A model generated the notes under the pieces. The model was given only the letters and a program-made list of their open reading frames with translations. It was not told where the DNA came from and ran no database searches. Below, piece by piece: positions 58,137 through 62,322 of a DNA stretch of 62,322 nucleotides (positions within the stretch are counted from its first letter, which is position 1; every line of letters begins with the position of its first letter). Origin of the DNA: Alphaproteobacteria bacterium (lineage in GTDB: Bacteria; Pseudomonadota; Alphaproteobacteria; CAAHEQ01; UBA3637); NCBI GenBank assembly GCA_017467335.1, contig JAFTSJ010000040.1:1-62322 (forward strand). Reading direction: 5' to 3'. A program made the translations under genes and the position numbers.

Positions 58137-60032
58137 ATGGCAAAAATTTTAGGAATTGATTTAGGTACAACAAATTCATGTATGTGTATCATGGATGGTA
58201 AAGATGCCAAGGTTTTGGAAAACCGTGAAGGGGCAAGAACAACACCGTCCATGGTTGCATTTACCAGCAAAGGGGAACGTTTGGTCGGACAGCCGGCAAA
58301 ACGTCAAGCTGTTACCAATCCGGCAGGCACATTATTTTCAATTAAACGGTTAATCGGTCGCCGATATGATGATAAAATGGTTGAACGAGATAAAGGTTTA
58401 ATGCCGTATAAAATCGTTGCCGGAGATAACGGTGATGCTTGGGTTGAAGTTTCTGATAAAAAATATGCTCCCAGTCAAATTTCGGCATATGTTTTGCAAA
58501 AATTAAAGGAAGATGCTGAAAGTTATTTAGGCGAAAAAATCACACAAGCCATTATTACTGTTCCGGCTTACTTTGATGATTCGCAACGTCAGGCAACAAA
58601 AGATGCCGGTAAGATTGCCGGTTTGGAAGTTTTGCGTATTATCAATGAACCGACAGCTGCTGCGTTGGCATACGGTATGGATAGCAAAAAGTCCGGAACC
58701 ATTGCTGTTTATGACTTGGGTGGTGGTACATTTGACGTTTCCATTTTGGAAATCGGCGATGGCGTTTTTGAAGTTAAATCCACAAACGGTGATACGTTCT
58801 TGGGTGGGGAAGATTTTGATGCTCGTATTATGGATTATTTAGCGGATGAATTTAAAAAAGAAAACGGTATCGATTTACGTCAAGACAGAATGGCTTTGCA
58901 ACGTTTGAAAGAAGCAGCCGAAAAAGCTAAAATCGAATTATCTTCGGCAACACAAACAGATATTAACTTACCGTTTATTACGGCTGATGCAACCGGTCCA
59001 AAACATTTAAACGTTTCTTTGACTCGTGCTAAATTGGAAAGTTTGGTTGAAGATTTGTTGGCTCGCACAAAAGGGCCGATGGAAAAAGCCTTAAAAGATG
59101 CCGGTTTATCCAAAGGAGAAATTGATGAAGTTATTTTAGTCGGTGGTATGACTCGTATGCCGAAAGTTCAAGAAATCGTTCATGATTTCTTTGGAAAAGA
59201 ACCACATAAAGGCGTGAACCCTGATGAAGTTGTTGCCATGGGGGCTGCTATTCAAGGGGGCGTCTTAAAAGGGGATGTTAAAGACGTTTTATTGCTTGAC
59301 GTGACACCATTATCACTCGGTATTGAAACATTAGGTGGTGTTTTCACACGGTTGATTGAAAGAAATACAACTATTCCGACAAAGAAAAGTCAGGTTTTCT
59401 CAACAGCAGAAGATGGTCAAACAGCTGTAACCATTCGTGTTTTCCAAGGGGAACGTGAAATGGCTCGTGATAACAAATTGTTAGGTCAATTTGATTTAAT
59501 CGGTATTCCGCCGGCACCTCGTGGTATGCCTCAAATTGAAGTGACTTTTGATATTGATGCCAATGGCATTGTTAATGTTTCAGCCAAAGATAAGGCAACC
59601 GGTAAAGAACAAAATATTCGTATTCAAGCCTCCGGTGGTTTAAAAGACGAAGATATTGAAAAAATGGTTAAAGAAGCCGAACAACATGCTGAAGAAGATA
59701 AAAAATTAAAAGAAGCAATTGAAGCACGCAATCATGCTGATGCTTTAATTCATGAAACGGAAAAACAATTGAAGGAAAATGGCGATAAAATCGGAGCCGG
59801 TGAAAAAGAAACAATTGAAAAAGCCGTTCAGGAATTAAAAGATGTGTTAGATAGCAATGATGCCGAAAAAATCAAAGATAAAACAAATGCTTTGACACAG
59901 GCTTCTTTGAAATTAGGGGAAGCAATGTATAAACAATCGACACAAGCCAATGAACAAGCTGATACAACGGCAGATGCAAAACCGGCTGATGACACGGTTG
60001 TTGATGCTGATTTTGAAGAGGTTAAAAAATAA
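58137..60032 (+). CDS. dnaK: Chaperone DnaK
   Basis: [21 protein letters not shown] and GGMTRMPKV motifs. Confidence 0.99.
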   Translation: MAKILGIDLGTTNSCMCIMDGKDAKVLENREGARTTPSMVAFTSKGERLVGQPAKRQAVTNPAGTLFSIKRLIGRRYDDKMVERDKGLMPYKIVAGDNGDAWVEVSDKKYAPSQISAYVLQKLKEDAESYLGEKITQAIITVPAYFDDSQRQATKDAGKIAGLEVLRIINEPTAAALAYGMDSKKSGTIAVYDLGGGTFDVSILEIGDGVFEVKSTNGDTFLGGEDFDARIMDYLADEFKKENGIDLRQDRMALQRLKEAAEKAKIELSSATQTDINLPFITADATGPKHLNVSLTRAKLESLVEDLLARTKGPMEKALKDAGLSKGEIDEVILVGGMTRMPKVQEIVHDFFGKEPHKGVNPDEVVAMGAAIQGGVLKGDVKDVLLLDVTPLSLGIETLGGVFTRLIERNTTIPTKKSQVFSTAEDGQTAVTIRVFQGEREMARDNKLLGQFDLIGIPPAPRGMPQIEVTFDIDANGIVNVSAKDKATGKEQNIRIQASGGLKDEDIEKMVKEAEQHAEEDKKLKEAIEARNHADALIHETEKQLKENGDKIGAGEKETIEKAVQELKDVLDSNDAEKIKDKTNALTQASLKLGEAMYKQSTQANEQADTTADAKPADDTVVDADFEEVKK

Positions 60033-60124
60033 TCTCTAATGGGTAAAATTGAGGAGGGTCTTTTCCAATGGCATATATCTATATGTTAGGGAAAGACCTT
60101 TCTGCGTAAAACAAGGAAAAAAAC

Positions 60125-61270
60125 GTGGCACAAAAAGATTATTATGAAATACTCGGTGTCAGTAAAGATGCGACTGCCTCTGAAATTAAACGGGCATTCC
60201 GTTCGAAAGCAAAAGAATGTCATCCGGATATTCATCCCGGAGATGCTGCTGCCGAAGTACAATTTAAAGCAATCAATGAAGCATATGAAGTATTAAAAGA
60301 CGATCAAAAACGGGCTGCTTATGATCGATATGGTCATGATGCGTTTACAAGTAATATGGGTGGAAACGGTGGATTCGGTGGTGGTGCCGGATTTGGCGGA
60401 TTTGATTTTACCGGAAGCGGTTTTGAAAATATTTTTGAAGAAATGTTTGCCGGATTTGGCGGTCGCCGTAGTCAGCCTCGGGAAGCCAATTTACGGGGAG
60501 CTGATGTTCGTCATGATGTTTCCATAACGTTACAAGAAGCTTATGAAGGTTTAAAGAAACCGATTGTTGTTGAAACAAGTGTTGCGTGTGAAGCTTGTAA
60601 CGGTAAGGGAGGTAAAAAAGTTGAAACCTGTTCAACGTGTGGCGGTATGGGGCGGATTCGGCAACGTCAAGGTTTTTTTGTCGTTGATACGGATTGTCCG
60701 GATTGTCACGGAACGGGTAAAATGGTTAAAGAACCGTGTTCTGAATGTCGTGGACGAGGAAGTATTCGTAAAAAACGAACGCTTGAAATTTCTATTCCGA
60801 AAGGGGTTGATACCGGTGTACGCATGCGTTTATCAGGTGAAGGTGATGCCGGTTTATTTGGTGGTCCCAATGGTGATTTATATGTTTTCTTAACGGTTAA
60901 AAAGCATAGTATTTTTGATAGAGAAGGGGCTGATTTATATTGTGAAATGCCTGTTCCGATGACAACGGCTGCATTGGGTGGTAGCGTTAAAATACCGACC
61001 ATGAGCGGTACACCTGAAACATACGACATTAAAGCCGGTATGCAATCGGGCACTCAAGTTAAATTGCGTGGGAAGGGTATGCCGAAATTACGTAGTGATT
61101 CATATGGTGATTTATATGTGACATTCCGTGTTGAAACGCCAACTAAACTGAACGCCAAACAAAAAGAATTGTTACGTCAATTTGCTGAAGAAAGTGGTGA
61201 AGACAATCAAGAAGCGTGTTCTGATTTTCTTTGTCAGATTAAAAAGATTTGGGAAGATTTTACATCTTAA
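60125..61270 (+). CDS. dnaJ: Chaperone DnaJ
   Basis: J domain with HPD, G/F-rich region and four CxxCxGxG motifs. GTG start. Confidence 0.99.
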   Translation: MAQKDYYEILGVSKDATASEIKRAFRSKAKECHPDIHPGDAAAEVQFKAINEAYEVLKDDQKRAAYDRYGHDAFTSNMGGNGGFGGGAGFGGFDFTGSGFENIFEEMFAGFGGRRSQPREANLRGADVRHDVSITLQEAYEGLKKPIVVETSVACEACNGKGGKKVETCSTCGGMGRIRQRQGFFVVDTDCPDCHGTGKMVKEPCSECRGRGSIRKKRTLEISIPKGVDTGVRMRLSGEGDAGLFGGPNGDLYVFLTVKKHSIFDREGADLYCEMPVPMTTAALGGSVKIPTMSGTPETYDIKAGMQSGTQVKLRGKGMPKLRSDSYGDLYVTFRVETPTKLNAKQKELLRQFAEESGEDNQEACSDFLCQIKKIWEDFTS

Positions 61271-61290
61271 TTCAATAGAAATAATTTCAG

Positions 61291-61325
61291 ACGCTGATAA
61301 CGAATAATGTTGTCAGCGTTTTTTT
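61291..61325 (+). terminator. Intrinsic terminator after dnaJ
   Basis: ACGCTGATAAC-loop-GTTGTCAGCGT-T6. Confidence 0.85.
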
Positions 61326-61368
61326 ATAATTTGTTCAAGTGGGTTGATGACAGAATAAGAGGAAATAC

Positions 61369-61505
61369 GTCACCCTGAACTTGGTTCAGGGTCTTTTAAC
61401 GATAAAGCACCTTGCCACAACCCCGTGAGATGCTGAAACAAGTTCAGCATGACGGTAGAGGATAGTGTTCAGCATGACAGTAGGGGGTTGTGTTCAGCAG
61501 GACGG
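61369..61505. repeat. REP-like palindromic element with tandem 25-bp tail duplications
   Basis: GTCACCCTGAACTTGGTTCAGGGTCT (61369-61394) is inverted relative to AGATGCTGAAACAAGTTCAGCATGAC (61428-61453). GTTCAGCA(T/G)GAC occurs at 61442, 61467 and 61492. Confidence 0.75.
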
Positions 61506-61554
61506 AAAAGGTATCACAATAATATAAATGCCTCATTCAAAATTTTGTATTTAT

Positions 61555-61582
61555 AAAAAATCCGCCTGTAAAAGGCGGATTT
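61555..61582 (-). terminator. Terminator of the lectin-like gene
   Basis: AAATCCGCC-loop-GGCGGATTT, with a U tract on the minus strand. Confidence 0.8.
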
Positions 61583-61614
61583 AAACTTTCATAAGTCGTA
61601 TTATAAAAGCGGGG

Positions 61615-61980
61615 TTAATAACACAGGACGTAGTAACTGTTGGTTCGAGTGAGCATGTGCACACGACCAGTATCAAGAGTAACGCCATAGGCGGAGCTAT
61701 CCCCTGACGCTATCGCTGTCCACGCATATTTATCTATGCTAATTTGTATATTTGTACACCCACTTGACCAACTTTGATTATTACAGGCTTGAGCCAATGT
61801 TGCCAATGGTCGTTCATTGGCTTTACACCACGCAAACGCACTCCACCAGTTCATTTTTTGGTTACTGATACAATAAACGTGTCCATTTTTACCCGGTTTT
61901 TCCGTACCACCATCGCATTTGGCATATGCCATGCTCGGTAATGCCACTGTTAATGCTAATATCAATAATAATTTTTTCAT
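61615..61980 (-). CDS. Small secreted C-type-lectin/Lcl-like protein
   Basis: Signal peptide, CDGG...GKNG..YCIS...MNWWSAFAWC motif and a C-terminal AWT...AYGVTLDTG...YYVLCY. Paralog of 22779-23216. Confidence 0.8.
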   Translation of the reverse strand: MKKLLLILALTVALPSMAYAKCDGGTEKPGKNGHVYCISNQKMNWWSAFAWCKANERPLATLAQACNNQSWSSGCTNIQISIDKYAWTAIASGDSSAYGVTLDTGRVHMLTRTNSYYVLCY

Positions 61981-62018
61981 TTTTTCCTCCGTTTATTTTT
62001 GGTTGTTTATATTTTGAT

Positions 62019-62321
62019 TTATTCCACTATCGGACATTCTTCTAAATCACCTAAATTGTACTCCATGTCTAAACACACGCCCCAAAGCGGATTATTGCCT
62101 TTGGCGTCCGCCTTATCGGTACATCCTTTCGATTTAAACGCTAAATAACAATATTGTTGTTTCGGGCAATCTGTTTGAACAGACAACATCTTTTCCCAAT
62201 CCGGTATGTCCATTTTGCACGAAGCAGTGGTACTATCCATATCTGTACAAGCCCCGAAAATCTGACCGGTCTGATTGGCACTTATGCCACCCGAACATGT
62301 TTCAGAACCAAACGATAACGC
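62019..62321 (-). CDS. C-terminal part of a Cys-rich repeat protein (probable pilin-like paralog; 5' end off the window)
   Basis: The frame is open to the edge: ...TCSGGISANQTGQIFGAC...DCPKQQYCYLAFKSKGC...PLWGVC..., the same repeat pattern as in 21447-22727. Confidence 0.75.
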   Translation of the reverse strand, partial: ALSFGSETCSGGISANQTGQIFGACTDMDSTTASCKMDIPDWEKMLSVQTDCPKQQYCYLAFKSKGCTDKADAKGNNPLWGVCLDMEYNLGDLEECPIVE

Positions 62322-62322
62322 A

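Noticed and set aside
61442-61505. 25-bp periodic GTTCAGCATGAC copies as a mini-CRISPR
   Set aside because: The repeats are about 12-17 bp with gaps of about 10 bp, too short for CRISPR spacers. They derive from the arm of the adjacent palindrome.

Overview
AT-rich chromosomal window from an alphaproteobacterium, probably a gut-type Rhodospirillales-like lineage; this is inferred from the dksA-maf-RNase E/G-yacG-tRNA-Phe gene order and the alpha-type RpoB/RpoC, FtsB and DnaK sequences. Housekeeping blocks are prfB (with its programmed +1 frameshift), dksA/maf/yacG/tRNA-Phe, rho, ffh, tRNA-Trp-secE-nusG-rplKAJL-rpoBC, rpmB, rplY-pth-ychF, rnhB, ftsB and dnaKJ. Accessory regions lie between them. 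The strongest candidate for an undescribed system is a phase-variation switch. A 30-bp inverted-repeat pair (23476-23505 and 23617-23646, 29/30 identical) has each copy shaped like a serine-recombinase site, with dyad arms around an asymmetric core. The pair encloses a near-consensus sigma70 promoter (TTGACA-N17-TATTAT) that currently points away from a pilin-like adhesin gene starting 45 bp beyond the right repeat. A Bacteroides Mpi-like serine DNA invertase is encoded 24 kb away in the same window. The switch sits in a cluster of pilin-headed (class III signal peptide) Cys-rich proteins and small secreted C-type-lectin-like proteins, and a second such pair occurs at the right edge, where the lectin C-terminus shows a DGR-like NNY codon bias. 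Other notable items are a VirD4/TraG operon with no virB genes in the window (carrying a duplicated membrane-anchor gene, a degenerate HNH toxin-like gene, a SUKH/YrhA-like immunity gene and an ankyrin gene), an intact but catalytically eroded sucCD pair, a Thr-rich tandem-repeat secreted protein and a REP-like palindromic element. All family assignments come from motif recognition by eye; no database searches were run.
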